DNA of 51,405 nt, filler included, from Barthelona sp. PAP020 (Eukaryota), in the NCBI GenBank assembly GCA_040182905.1. It is 2 parts of 2 records of this genome, joined end to end, with 100 filler letters (N's around TTAATTAATTAA, not from the genome) between each part and the next. Parts side by side here need not be neighbours in the genome. Positions count along the whole stretch, not along the records: positions 1 to 25,725 come from JARQWU010000143.1; 1 more part is not named here. One strand, written 5' to 3'. The notes under the pieces were generated by a model, which was not told where the DNA came from, did not search any database, and saw only the letters and a program-made list of their open reading frames with translations. Every line of letters starts with the position of its first letter. Within the stretch, counting starts at the first letter, position 1. This document shows positions 11,001 through 20,702 of this stretch, piece by piece. The translations under genes were made by a program, and so were the position numbers.

Positions 11001-11276
11001 ATGCAACTGCCGAAATTATTTAAGAAAGTTTTTGAATCAAAAGATTCAACATATCAAGTGGTCCTCCAAAGACATTTTCACAGAAGATTTGTTAAAGAAT
11101 ATATGGAAAGATTGACATTTCAGGGATATAAATACTGTGTTGATACAAATGATTCTCCAGTATTATCAAAAAAAGAAAAAGAAAAATTGATTAATTTCTC
11201 AAATCGTTATAATGAAACTTATAACATTGTGTGTAACACTCTTTTAAGTCAAAAGGAATTATTATTGAAACAGTAA
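11001..11276 (+). CDS. Small Tim (Tim8/9/10/13)-like protein with degenerate cysteine motif
   Basis: ERLTFQGYKYCV-DTNDSPVLSKKEKE-KLINFSNRYNETYNIV aligns in register with small-Tim LTxxCFxKCV...LxxxExxCLxNCxxRY, with the 15-residue loop intact. Confidence 0.6.
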   Translation: MQLPKLFKKVFESKDSTYQVVLQRHFHRRFVKEYMERLTFQGYKYCVDTNDSPVLSKKEKEKLINFSNRYNETYNIVCNTLLSQKELLLKQ

Positions 11277-11781
11277 TGCTTTTGAATCAAAAGCTTCTTG
11301 TTATTTAGCAAATTAGTTTTGTATAATTTTTGGCAAGGTTTAGTTTTAATTTCTTGATTAATTCTCATAATTTCATTATATCATATTAGCATGGTGATGG
11401 TTCGTTAATTTTTCCCAATTAATTTCTGGAATCTTTTTTTTTTTGTGTTATCAAAGACTTTCTTCACAATTTTTGTTCTTAAGTGACGAAATACATCTAT
11501 AAATACACTGTTATGTTTTTATTTTATGTTTTCTACTAAATTAAGTTTTTCTGCAGGGTTCATTTGTGAAATAGAAGGCATATTTTGAATAATTGCTGAA
11601 TCTTTTTTTTTCATCTACGAAAAACGAGTTTTTGTTGAACTTGTGGGAAAACAAGAAATGGAGAAGAAGGGAAAAGCAATTGGAGTCAAAATTAAGAACA
11701 AAAGATTACTGTACAATATAGCTTTACAAAAAAAGAATCCGAATTATTAACAAATTTAAAAAATACAAATGAAAAGAACTA

Positions 11782-12957
11782 TCAGAACATAGGTAAAGAA
11801 CCTTCCAAATATGAGTCAAAAGAATCAGAGTTGAAAAATGCAGCTGGTGCAGAAACAACACTGTTGATAAATGAACCGTTGCCGTTGGTGTTTCTTCCAG
11901 TAACTTCACTCGCAAAAGTATTGAAATCGTCAGCATAATCATCTTCAAAAACAAGATTGAAGTCCAAATCTTTGGATAGATTCTTTGAAGGGTCTTGAGT
12001 TTCAGTAAAAAAAGTTTGAATTGCATTTGAGGAAGAAAAAGTATTAAACGACTTGAATGAATCAATATAATCTGCTGAATAAACCATATTGTCAAAGTTT
12101 TCTTGTCCAGTTCTGCCAATTAATCGATTCTTTTCCTGATTTTCATGTTTTTCACTCTTTTGCTGCTGTTGAATGACATCAAAATTCATCGTCTCAATTT
12201 CCTCCAAAGAAACAAATGTGAAATTGTGTTTTTTTTGTGTTGGTGTGTTTATTGGAGTGGAAGAAGTGGAAGACACATTTGATGAAGGTGTACTGGATCG
12301 GGAATTAGAAGTTTTGGACTTAAAAAATTGACGAGATCTTTGACCACCGGGTCTAGAAGCCTCAATTTTGATTTTCCTTCCTTTAACTATGGTTTTGTTC
12401 AAAGTAACCCTGGCATTTTCGGCGGCTCTGACATCAAAAAATTCAATGAATCTATGGTGTGCTTTTTTTGGTGTGTGACGTATTTCTTTAATCTCTCCAA
12501 ACTTTTCGAAATGTTCTTTCAACTCTTCATCAGAAATATTCATATTTAAATTGAAAATAACCAATGTACCATAATTATAATCCGGTGCATCAACATAATT
12601 TAAATCCTTTGAGCGTGGTATGACATAGTGTGGTTTTACACTAATGGAAGGATCTTTCCAAAAATTCTCATTTGTTAAAATATCATTGTAGGCAGCAATG
12701 GAATGTCTTAAATCCCAATAATTAACCAAAATATCTCCATCATTTAAAAAATCAATGACAATATCTCGCAAATCACCAAATGATGCAAATATATTGGCAA
12801 GTTCCTCAAATTCAAGGTTGGAATGTACATTTCTGCATAGAATAAATCGAGATGGATGTTCTCTATCACTGCCGCCAATATTACCGTCATTATCTTGATA
12901 GAACTTTTGTACAGAATTATCTCCCAATTGTGTTGTTTTCATATTAAAAAGTGACAT
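11782..12957 (-). CDS. Mei2-like RNA-binding protein (RRM1+RRM2 only)
   Basis: EHPSRFILCRNVHSN, VNYWDLRHS, NYGTLVIFNL, EIRHTPKKAHHRFIEFFDVRAAE, KIKIEASRPGG closely match the N-terminal RRMs of plant AML/Mei2-like proteins. Confidence 0.8.
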   Translation of the reverse strand: MSLFNMKTTQLGDNSVQKFYQDNDGNIGGSDREHPSRFILCRNVHSNLEFEELANIFASFGDLRDIVIDFLNDGDILVNYWDLRHSIAAYNDILTNENFWKDPSISVKPHYVIPRSKDLNYVDAPDYNYGTLVIFNLNMNISDEELKEHFEKFGEIKEIRHTPKKAHHRFIEFFDVRAAENARVTLNKTIVKGRKIKIEASRPGGQRSRQFFKSKTSNSRSSTPSSNVSSTSSTPINTPTQKKHNFTFVSLEEIETMNFDVIQQQQKSEKHENQEKNRLIGRTGQENFDNMVYSADYIDSFKSFNTFSSSNAIQTFFTETQDPSKNLSKDLDFNLVFEDDYADDFNTFASEVTGRNTNGNGSFINSVVSAPAAFFNSDSFDSYLEGSLPMF

Positions 12958-13249
12958 TTGAAATCAATCAAATAATGATTTGAAATTTCAAACACAAAAA
13001 ACTATTTGAGGAAATCGAAATTTTTTTTGAATGATAAAGCAAAAATGATTGGTAGTTTAATTTGGATAAAGACATGAAAAGGGTAACAACATTTACAAAG
13101 AACACAAAAGAACCAAAATTGAAAAATGAACAAAAAATCAAAAATCAAAAAGACATTGTCTAACTTGTCAAATCAATCATTACCATTCAGAATAAAAGAT
13201 GTTTCCCAATCATTTTGCAACAAAAGGAGAAAAGAAACTTACATATTAT

Positions 13250-14320
13250 TTATAATTCAGGTAAACGATAATTCATAAATTCTTTGGGAACTGAATAATC
13301 TTCTTCTTCTAATTTTGCCAAAGCTTCTCCCCAACTAATGGTACCATCTAAATAAGATTCATATAACAACTTGTGTCTTGCTCCAACTGGAACAGCCGCT
13401 AAATACCCAGATTCACGAGCCATATATTGTCTCACATTTTCTGCATACAAAAATGGGTCTTGTTTTTCTTCTTCACTTGGATAATATATTGGTAAAAACA
13501 CCACAGAACAACGATTATAAAATTGAGTCATTGCCAAAAACATTGAATGCATGCCATGAATTGTGTCCCAAGCAATATTGGTATGCTTAAAAGGATATTT
13601 AAGAATTACAGGTTGAACAGGAGCACCAGAAACAAAAGCTCCCTTCTTAAATTTAATCAATTGAAAGCCATTTGTGGTTGTTCCTTCAGGAAAGATGGCC
13701 AGAGGAGACCAACCAATTCTCGTTGACCTTTTCCTAATTTCATCAATAAGAAGATTTTTTGCTGCAGGATCATCTCGATTAATAAAATAACATCCCCACA
13801 TTTTAGCTAATAAACCAATGAATGGATAATCCCTAACACCACTTTTGGCCAAAAAAGATGGGAAAACTTTAGTTGCTAAAACAAAAATATCAGCCCAACC
13901 AACATGATTTGAAACAATTGTATAAGTTTCTCCTGAAGGACCATGAGGTAATCGATTCGGAACACTAATCCATAAAAAACCACATGCTTGCAATATTAAT
14001 CGGCAAAGTGTTGTAGCAATGAACTTAATAAAAGGTCGACGTCTGATAAAAATAGGATTAGAGGGATCATCGCATCCCAAACTGACTAACCAAGTGAGAA
14101 ACCAACCAATAACTATCAAAAGATTTGCACAAGCAAAACGAATCGGATATAAAGTAACACCAAAAACAACGGTCTTAAAAATAGAATAAAAGTTGGTTCT
14201 TTGTTGATGATGAATAAAGGGCAGAAATTGAGGAATATTATAAGGATCTTCAATGTCTTGTAAATCCTGTTGCGATGTTTTTGGATTAATTAAGGGCATT
14301 TCTTCTTCCCTCAAGACCAT
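13250..14320 (-). CDS. Lysophospholipid acyltransferase (LPCAT/LPEAT family)
   Basis: IVSNHVGWAD (HX4D), IFPEGTTTNG, FKKGAF..GAPVQPV, EEEKQDPFLYAENVR; N-terminal TM helix. Confidence 0.9.
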   Translation of the reverse strand: MVLREEEMPLINPKTSQQDLQDIEDPYNIPQFLPFIHHQQRTNFYSIFKTVVFGVTLYPIRFACANLLIVIGWFLTWLVSLGCDDPSNPIFIRRRPFIKFIATTLCRLILQACGFLWISVPNRLPHGPSGETYTIVSNHVGWADIFVLATKVFPSFLAKSGVRDYPFIGLLAKMWGCYFINRDDPAAKNLLIDEIRKRSTRIGWSPLAIFPEGTTTNGFQLIKFKKGAFVSGAPVQPVILKYPFKHTNIAWDTIHGMHSMFLAMTQFYNRCSVVFLPIYYPSEEEKQDPFLYAENVRQYMARESGYLAAVPVGARHKLLYESYLDGTISWGEALAKLEEEDYSVPKEFMNYRLPEL

Positions 14321-14825
14321 AAAAGCAAAAAGAGAAAATGTGGACGAATGTTTTCTTTTTCCAATTTTATATCATTCACTTTGTGCTTATAAATTGAAAA
14401 AAATTATCCAAAAGCTTCTTCAAAATATGAAACTTTTGACAAAAGGAAACCTCCTTTGTTTCCCTTAAAATCAGAAATCCACAGTATAGTGGACAAAAAT
14501 CTTCAAAATTATTATCAGAGAAAAGAGAATGATAAACACCTTTCGCAATAAAGAAGAAAACCGTAGAACCTCAAAATAAATCTTACATCACTTTATTTAT
14601 CAATTATCCCTTCAAATCAATGCTTTCAATCTGAAGAAGGCGTTGCAAGAAAATTTTGATTAAAAAATTATTCAACATGTTTAAAATTGGCCAAAAAACA
14701 TTCAAATTAGATAATTGGAAGTTTTGGGGACATGATAAAAATAAATATCAATTGAATAAATGAATGGTTGAGAAAAAAAAGTTGAGATTTGTTGTTTTTT
14801 TTTTTATTTCATCAACTGAAAGGAC

Positions 14826-16337
14826 ATGGGATTTTTTGGAAGTATATTTGGAAAAATTAATGAATTTTTTGCATCTGTTCCTTTATTATCCTATCCTAAT
14901 ACAATTGAAAATGAAAATGTCAATGAAAACGAAAAAATGTACCCGAATAGCTTTGGCTTTTCACCTGTGAATAGTATAATAGTATATTGGGATGATTTTG
15001 CAGGTCCAAAATTGATTGAAAGTGAAGGATTAAAAAAAAACGCAATTCAAAAACGAAATGGAATTGCAAATCAATTTATCCGCAAAATTTTTGAAGGCGA
15101 AATATCTAGTTTAAAGGCTCATTTGAATGCTTCCCAAGAACTAAATGAACCTTTAATTAATACCAAACATATGCATGGTAACACTATGTTAAGTGATTTT
15201 TGTATTGTATTATCAGCTAAAGTACATTCAGTAAAGGATGAACCAATTATTATCCCTAACTATTTAAAACCATTTATTGTTTGTGATCCTGACAATGAAA
15301 GTAATAGTTTTGACAATCCAGTTGGTCCTAATTGGTTTATTCATATCCCTATGAAAGCGATTTCTTCCTCATTAACTTTGTTAATGAATGATAAAGCTTC
15401 ACGTTATGTCATATCATATGTATTTGATCCATTTATGTTTGAATATTTTGATTCATTGGAAAATGATTTGAAAATGTTGTTAACTTTTGCATGTCAAGAA
15501 ACTTGTTCTGCTTTGGAGACAAAAACTTCTACCATCTTCAACAAATGGTTTTTTGGATATGTCAAAAATTATTTGTTTATTGAAGAATTTTTGAAAGCAA
15601 ATAAGCAAAAATTTAGCAATAGAATATCTCAACCAAATGATTTTGATGTTGAATCAGAGGAAATTTTAGCCAAATTGTGTTACCATGCTATCGAAGGTTT
15701 TGATACTGTTATTTTATATGATGACCTTTCAGCAAACACAATTGAGTCTTTAGCAACCATGTTTCACACTTTATTATCAAATTTATATGACCCTAAGCGT
15801 ATTCAGTCACTAAGAAGCAAAGAATTGATGAAAGTTGCTAGCTTTAACCCTTTATTTCAATTTCAACAATTATTAGCTGAAAACGAAAATAATAATGTTC
15901 CAAATGTTCGAAAATCCAGATTGGGTTACTCTTTCTTTGAAAATGATTTCCAAATCTTACATGTGAATTCAGCAACAAGCTTCTCTTTGAAAACATTTGA
16001 TGCAGTTCTGCTTAGACATAGTGTAATGGTTGATGGTGTTGATAAAATTTATTTTCAACCAGGAAATTCAGTTATTGACAATAAATTGTTCGCAACTGTT
16101 TCCAACATTTTAAATTTGGTTACTCATGAGTCAAGAAATCTCACACAAACAAGTGATTTGTTGAGAGAACTAAAGGGTCATCATATACAAAGTTCGAATT
16201 CTTTGAATTTGACCACAGATTATTTAGAATTTAAGCAAACTTATCACAATGTTCCTACATTTTATTCAAATGGTTTTGCTTTTTGCAACCCTTTGTTATA
16301 TAAACAAGCTCATGACAAGTTATTTGAAACGTTTTAA
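14826..16337 (+). CDS. C9orf72-like longin/DENN-fold protein
   Basis: SPVNSIIVYWDDFAGPKL, IRKIFEGEI, SRYVISYVF..FEYFDSL and FNPLFQFQQLL parallel the C9orf72 motifs (YWDNILGP, LNGEI, YGLSII, LFVQGLL). Confidence 0.55.
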   Translation: MGFFGSIFGKINEFFASVPLLSYPNTIENENVNENEKMYPNSFGFSPVNSIIVYWDDFAGPKLIESEGLKKNAIQKRNGIANQFIRKIFEGEISSLKAHLNASQELNEPLINTKHMHGNTMLSDFCIVLSAKVHSVKDEPIIIPNYLKPFIVCDPDNESNSFDNPVGPNWFIHIPMKAISSSLTLLMNDKASRYVISYVFDPFMFEYFDSLENDLKMLLTFACQETCSALETKTSTIFNKWFFGYVKNYLFIEEFLKANKQKFSNRISQPNDFDVESEEILAKLCYHAIEGFDTVILYDDLSANTIESLATMFHTLLSNLYDPKRIQSLRSKELMKVASFNPLFQFQQLLAENENNNVPNVRKSRLGYSFFENDFQILHVNSATSFSLKTFDAVLLRHSVMVDGVDKIYFQPGNSVIDNKLFATVSNILNLVTHESRNLTQTSDLLRELKGHHIQSSNSLNLTTDYLEFKQTYHNVPTFYSNGFAFCNPLLYKQAHDKLFETF

Positions 16338-16515
16338 TTTTTGTTAATATTTTTAAAAATGTAAAGTTTTGTACACATATTTTTTTTTATTTATAAACAA
16401 TGAAATTATGTTGGATTGTTATTATACATTCATTATTTTCAACAAACTTGTTCGAAGCCAAAGGTTCATTTTCCATTTCTGACATGAAATTTTATTGATC
16501 ATACTTTTTTTTTCA

Positions 16516-17808
16516 ATGTCAAAAATATCAAATCCATCTTCATTCGAACATGTTGTACACGTGACAAAAGATGATATTGGGAATCTTTTGGGTTTAGAAA
16601 CACTCCCAGAGAGTTTAAGAAGACAGATTCAGTTAGATACTTCCCATTTGGAAGAAACGACACAAAACTTATTGCATAAAAAGAAAAAACCAAAAATTTC
16701 AGAACCTATTGGGTTTACTCATGTTATTCATGTGGAATATGATCCGTCTCTTGGAAAATTTGTCGGACTACCACCAGAATGGGAAGTGTTATTGGCCAAT
16801 TCTGGTATCACGCCTGAAGAACAATCATCACATCCTCAAGAAGTTATTGATTCGTTGCATTATTTTGCAGAAGGTCCAAAACCAATGGAATTGCCAAGGC
16901 AAATGGATATTGAAGAAACATTGAATGAAGCTTCAAAGATTTCTCCACATGATCCCAGAAAACTATTTGATAATATGCATAGAATTGGTCAAGGTGGTTC
17001 TGGTTCTGTATATGTTGCAAGAAGAAAAAAAGATGGAGAACTTGTAGCCATTAAAACAACTCCAATCACACCTCAAATTGATTTGCAAAGTCTTAAAAAT
17101 GAAATAGCGATGACTCGAACCAGTAAACATCCTTATATCATTGATTACTTTCAATCCTATCTGTGTAGATCGAGAAGCGAGTTGTGGATTGTTATTGAAT
17201 ATATGTCTGGTGGTAGTCTAACACAACTTTTACAATCTTGTGGAGTTTTAAATGAGGAAGAGATGGCTTATGTAACGAAGCAGGTGGTTCTTGCTTTAAA
17301 TTTTTTACATTCAAGTTTTCGTGTTCACCGAGATATTAAATCAGACAATATTTTGTTGGGTGGTGATGGTGTTTGTAAGCTTGGTGATTTCGGTTTTGCA
17401 ACCCAATTGACCGCCGAAAAAAGCACTCGTCATTCCACTGTTGGGACACCTTATTGGATGGCACCTGAATTAATTAGAGGGCAGAGATATGATGCCAAAG
17501 TTGATGTTTGGTCTTTAGGAATTCTCTTGTATGAATTAGCCCAAGGAAATCCTCCTTATCTGGAGATGCAACCTTTGAGGGCTATTTTTGTTATCAGCAC
17601 CAAAGGACCACCACCTTTAGACAATCCTAACATGTGGTCAAGAGATTTTAATGATTTTATCTCGTTATGTGTGAAAATGAATCCTAATGAAAGACCAGCA
17701 ATGAATGAACTTTTACTTCATCCCTTCTTGAAAAATGTTTCTGATATTACTCCCCCTTCTTTCAAAGAAAAGGTCAGACAAACAAAAGCAAATTTTAGAA
17801 TGTTGTAA
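16516..17808 (+). CDS. PAK/STE20 kinase with two CRIB motifs
   Basis: ISNPSSFEHVVHV and ISEPIGFTHVIHV..GLPPEW; kinase motifs GQGGSG, HRDIKSDN, DFG, GTPYWMAPE. Start ATG 16516. Confidence 0.93.
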   Translation: MSKISNPSSFEHVVHVTKDDIGNLLGLETLPESLRRQIQLDTSHLEETTQNLLHKKKKPKISEPIGFTHVIHVEYDPSLGKFVGLPPEWEVLLANSGITPEEQSSHPQEVIDSLHYFAEGPKPMELPRQMDIEETLNEASKISPHDPRKLFDNMHRIGQGGSGSVYVARRKKDGELVAIKTTPITPQIDLQSLKNEIAMTRTSKHPYIIDYFQSYLCRSRSELWIVIEYMSGGSLTQLLQSCGVLNEEEMAYVTKQVVLALNFLHSSFRVHRDIKSDNILLGGDGVCKLGDFGFATQLTAEKSTRHSTVGTPYWMAPELIRGQRYDAKVDVWSLGILLYELAQGNPPYLEMQPLRAIFVISTKGPPPLDNPNMWSRDFNDFISLCVKMNPNERPAMNELLLHPFLKNVSDITPPSFKEKVRQTKANFRML

Positions 17809-17927
17809 GATGTTTGATTTGTAAAAAATAAATGTTGTATTTGATACTCTTTTTTGTCAACATTATTCAATAATGTTCACTAATTTTAAAAATACGTAAC
17901 CTACTAAAAAAAATTTAATGTAAATAT

Positions 17928-18305
17928 CTATTTATATTTTTGACACACAATTGCATACATGCAAAATACAAGGGGACATAGCAATCCAATAAGTTGAAAG
18001 AAAGTTAAGCTAATCCAATAAGCAACAATTGAAAAGACTGAAGCACAAATTAACAAAAAAAGAGTTATTTTAAAGGTGCAAAAATCACCAATCTTAAAAT
18101 AAACTAAAGATAATAAAATTATTGAAGAACACACAATAGTAATGCCACAAAATATCAAAGAAAGAACAGATAAACTGTTGTTGGGTTGTTGGGAGAAAAG
18201 AAATTCTTGTTCAGGCTTCAAATCAGTCTGACCATCATAAAATTCACTTAGTTGACCAAATCCAACCACGAATAATAAAAATATACAAACTATTTTTTTT
18301 AACAT
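17928..18305 (-). CDS. Small membrane protein (signal peptide + about 3 TM helices), unknown function
   Basis: 125 aa with ATG after a T-tract, hydrophobic N-terminus and three hydrophobic segments. Confidence 0.55.
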   Translation of the reverse strand: MLKKIVCIFLLFVVGFGQLSEFYDGQTDLKPEQEFLFSQQPNNSLSVLSLIFCGITIVCSSIILLSLVYFKIGDFCTFKITLFLLICASVFSIVAYWISLTFFQLIGLLCPLVFCMYAIVCQKYK

Positions 18306-18524
18306 GATAAAAAAAAACAGAATATTGGTTCGTCACACAAAATTATTGTAAATCATTTAAATTTATTAATAAAATAGAATTTGGATTAATATAGGAATAT
18401 GTTAAAAACCAGGAAAATGTATGTGGTCAACATTAATTCACAAGAAAAATTATTGACATTTTTTCCATTTTCAATCTTTCTGCAAAAGAACTTTCAACTA
18501 TTTCAATATTGAAATATATATGAC

Positions 18525-19679
18525 ATGACACCAGAACATTTTAAGAAAGAAAATGATTTAATTTTTCATTTACCTTTTCCATTTACGGAAGAACACATTT
18601 TTGAATGGATTAGGTATTGGAAAGAGAATCAAAGAAGTGTCTTATCGGCAAAAAGTATTTTTACTTTGCTAAAAGAAGCTTCAGTTATTTTTCATGATTA
18701 TCCCACAGTTGTTGATTATCAAGTGAATGATAATTTTACTGACAAAGAAATTGGAGAATTTTCTAACAGAAAGTTGAATATTATTGGGGATATTCATGGA
18801 CAATTTCAAGATTTATTGTCAATTTTTAAGTTGAACGGTTATCCTTCAACCAAAAATCCTTATTTATTTAATGGAGATATTGTTGATCGTGGTAAATATT
18901 CTGTAGAATGTTTTTGCACCATCTTAATGTTCAAAATTTTTGATATTAATTCGATTTTACTTTGTAAAGGTAATCATGAAGCTTTATCCATTTGTTCTGT
19001 CTACGGTTTTAAAGCAGAAATATATGGCAAATATCCTTTAACACATGATAAGGTTTTTGGAAGATTTATTGAGTTTTTTGATATATTACCTGTTGCTCAT
19101 GTTATAAACAAAGATATATTCGTTGTCCATGGTGGGTTACCTCCTGAAATTGATGATTTGGCAAAAATCCGAGAAATATCTAAAGTTGCCGATACCTGGG
19201 ATGCTGAATATTCTGGTTTAGTATGGGCAGACCCAATGGTATCTAATTCTATCGCTTGTAGAATTTTAGGTGTCAGATGGCCCTTTGAACACACTGCAAA
19301 ATTCTTGTCAAAAAATGATTTGAGTTTAATTATCAGGAGTCATCAATATAAGGATACAGGATTTGCAGCTGATCATAATGAAAGAGTGTTGACCTTATTT
19401 TCTGCACCACAATATAATCTTTACCCTAATGATGGCGCTTTTGGTATTCTGTCCAACGATATGTTTACAGTTTATCAATTCAATACATGTGATAACCCAA
19501 CAACAGAAATATTTAGTTGTAATTTAGCTTTATTAAGGGAAGAGAAATTGGAAACAGGAGATTCAGTTGAAGATGAAAATGATTGTTCTTTAGGTTCTCG
19601 AAATGTTTGGATTGTTGTTGTTTTTGTTTTAATTTTATTTGCTTGGTTTATTTTAATTTTGCAAATGAAATTTCATTAA
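18525..19679 (+). CDS. PPP-family Ser/Thr phosphatase, PP5/PPEF-like, with C-terminal TM anchor
   Basis: GDIHG, FNGDIVDRG, KGNHE, HGG, IRSH, LFSAPQY; PP5-like pre-catalytic helices; C-terminus VWIVVVFVLILFAWFILILQMKFH. Confidence 0.88.
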   Translation: MTPEHFKKENDLIFHLPFPFTEEHIFEWIRYWKENQRSVLSAKSIFTLLKEASVIFHDYPTVVDYQVNDNFTDKEIGEFSNRKLNIIGDIHGQFQDLLSIFKLNGYPSTKNPYLFNGDIVDRGKYSVECFCTILMFKIFDINSILLCKGNHEALSICSVYGFKAEIYGKYPLTHDKVFGRFIEFFDILPVAHVINKDIFVVHGGLPPEIDDLAKIREISKVADTWDAEYSGLVWADPMVSNSIACRILGVRWPFEHTAKFLSKNDLSLIIRSHQYKDTGFAADHNERVLTLFSAPQYNLYPNDGAFGILSNDMFTVYQFNTCDNPTTEIFSCNLALLREEKLETGDSVEDENDCSLGSRNVWIVVVFVLILFAWFILILQMKFH

Positions 19680-19845
19680 AATTGTTAATGTCATTGATTG
19701 TGGGCAAAAACTTTTTTTTGTTTGAATGTTAATTTTTGTTTGAACTGATTTAATTTGAAATATAGGATCACTCTAAATTTTAGAGTTCAGAAAAAATAAA
19801 TGTAGGTTTTTTCTTCTTTTTTTTACTTATCATGAATAGATTTGA

Positions 19846-20634
19846 ATGATTTGTGACTTAAATATTCCTGCACGACCATTGGGCACTTTGCATTCGAGAA
19901 TTGCCGAACTTCAAAGGTTTGGCTATGATTGTTTAGCCATGAATACATTGTATTCACCAAAAAGGCACAAAAATATTCCACAGAAAACTGATATTTCATC
20001 ATTAAAACAGACATATTTATCAGATGTTCACCGTTTATTAACAAATGAACATCAAAAACCAATATTATTGAACAGAATTACAATTGAGGCATCAGATTTT
20101 GACCATTTATTAATACAAGATGAGTATAGGATGTATTCTATTATTTCTATTCGTCCATTAAATATGGACATTTTTAGAAAAGCGTGTTTTTGTGAAGAGA
20201 TTGATTTAATTGTTTTAAATGTTTATGATAAAGATTTTGGTACATATATAAATGATGTTTCTTTTGAAAAATGTTTGAATGAAAGAAATATTTATTTTGA
20301 AATCACTTATGGTGTAAGTTTACTTGAAATTTCTTCGAGACAAGTATTTTTCAACAATATTCAACTGTTGTTACTGAAATTAGGCAGAGATCACATTAAC
20401 AGATTAATTGTATCGTCAGAAGCTCACGAATGTAGTCTTATAAGAGATCAACATAGCGTCACAAATATAATTCAGTGTCAAGGAATACCGAGAAATGAGG
20501 CGATAACCACAATTAGAGATAATTGTGAAAATTTGTTGGAAACATGTTTTGAAAGAACAAATCGAAAGGTTTCTAATGTTTTTGAAAATGATAAACAACT
20601 TGTTGACAGCAAACGTTCACCATTATTAGAATAA
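19846..20634 (+). CDS. RPP30: RNase P/MRP subunit p30
   Basis: MICDLNI, FGYDCLAMN, LNRITI, IISIRP, ACF..EIDLI, IYFEITY, LIVSSEA. Confidence 0.88.
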   Translation: MICDLNIPARPLGTLHSRIAELQRFGYDCLAMNTLYSPKRHKNIPQKTDISSLKQTYLSDVHRLLTNEHQKPILLNRITIEASDFDHLLIQDEYRMYSIISIRPLNMDIFRKACFCEEIDLIVLNVYDKDFGTYINDVSFEKCLNERNIYFEITYGVSLLEISSRQVFFNNIQLLLLKLGRDHINRLIVSSEAHECSLIRDQHSVTNIIQCQGIPRNEAITTIRDNCENLLETCFERTNRKVSNVFENDKQLVDSKRSPLLE

Positions 20635-20702
20635 GAATAAATTATTTTTCTTCACCCATTTTTTTTTAACCTGTTACAATTATTATTTTATCAATTTAAG
20701 GG

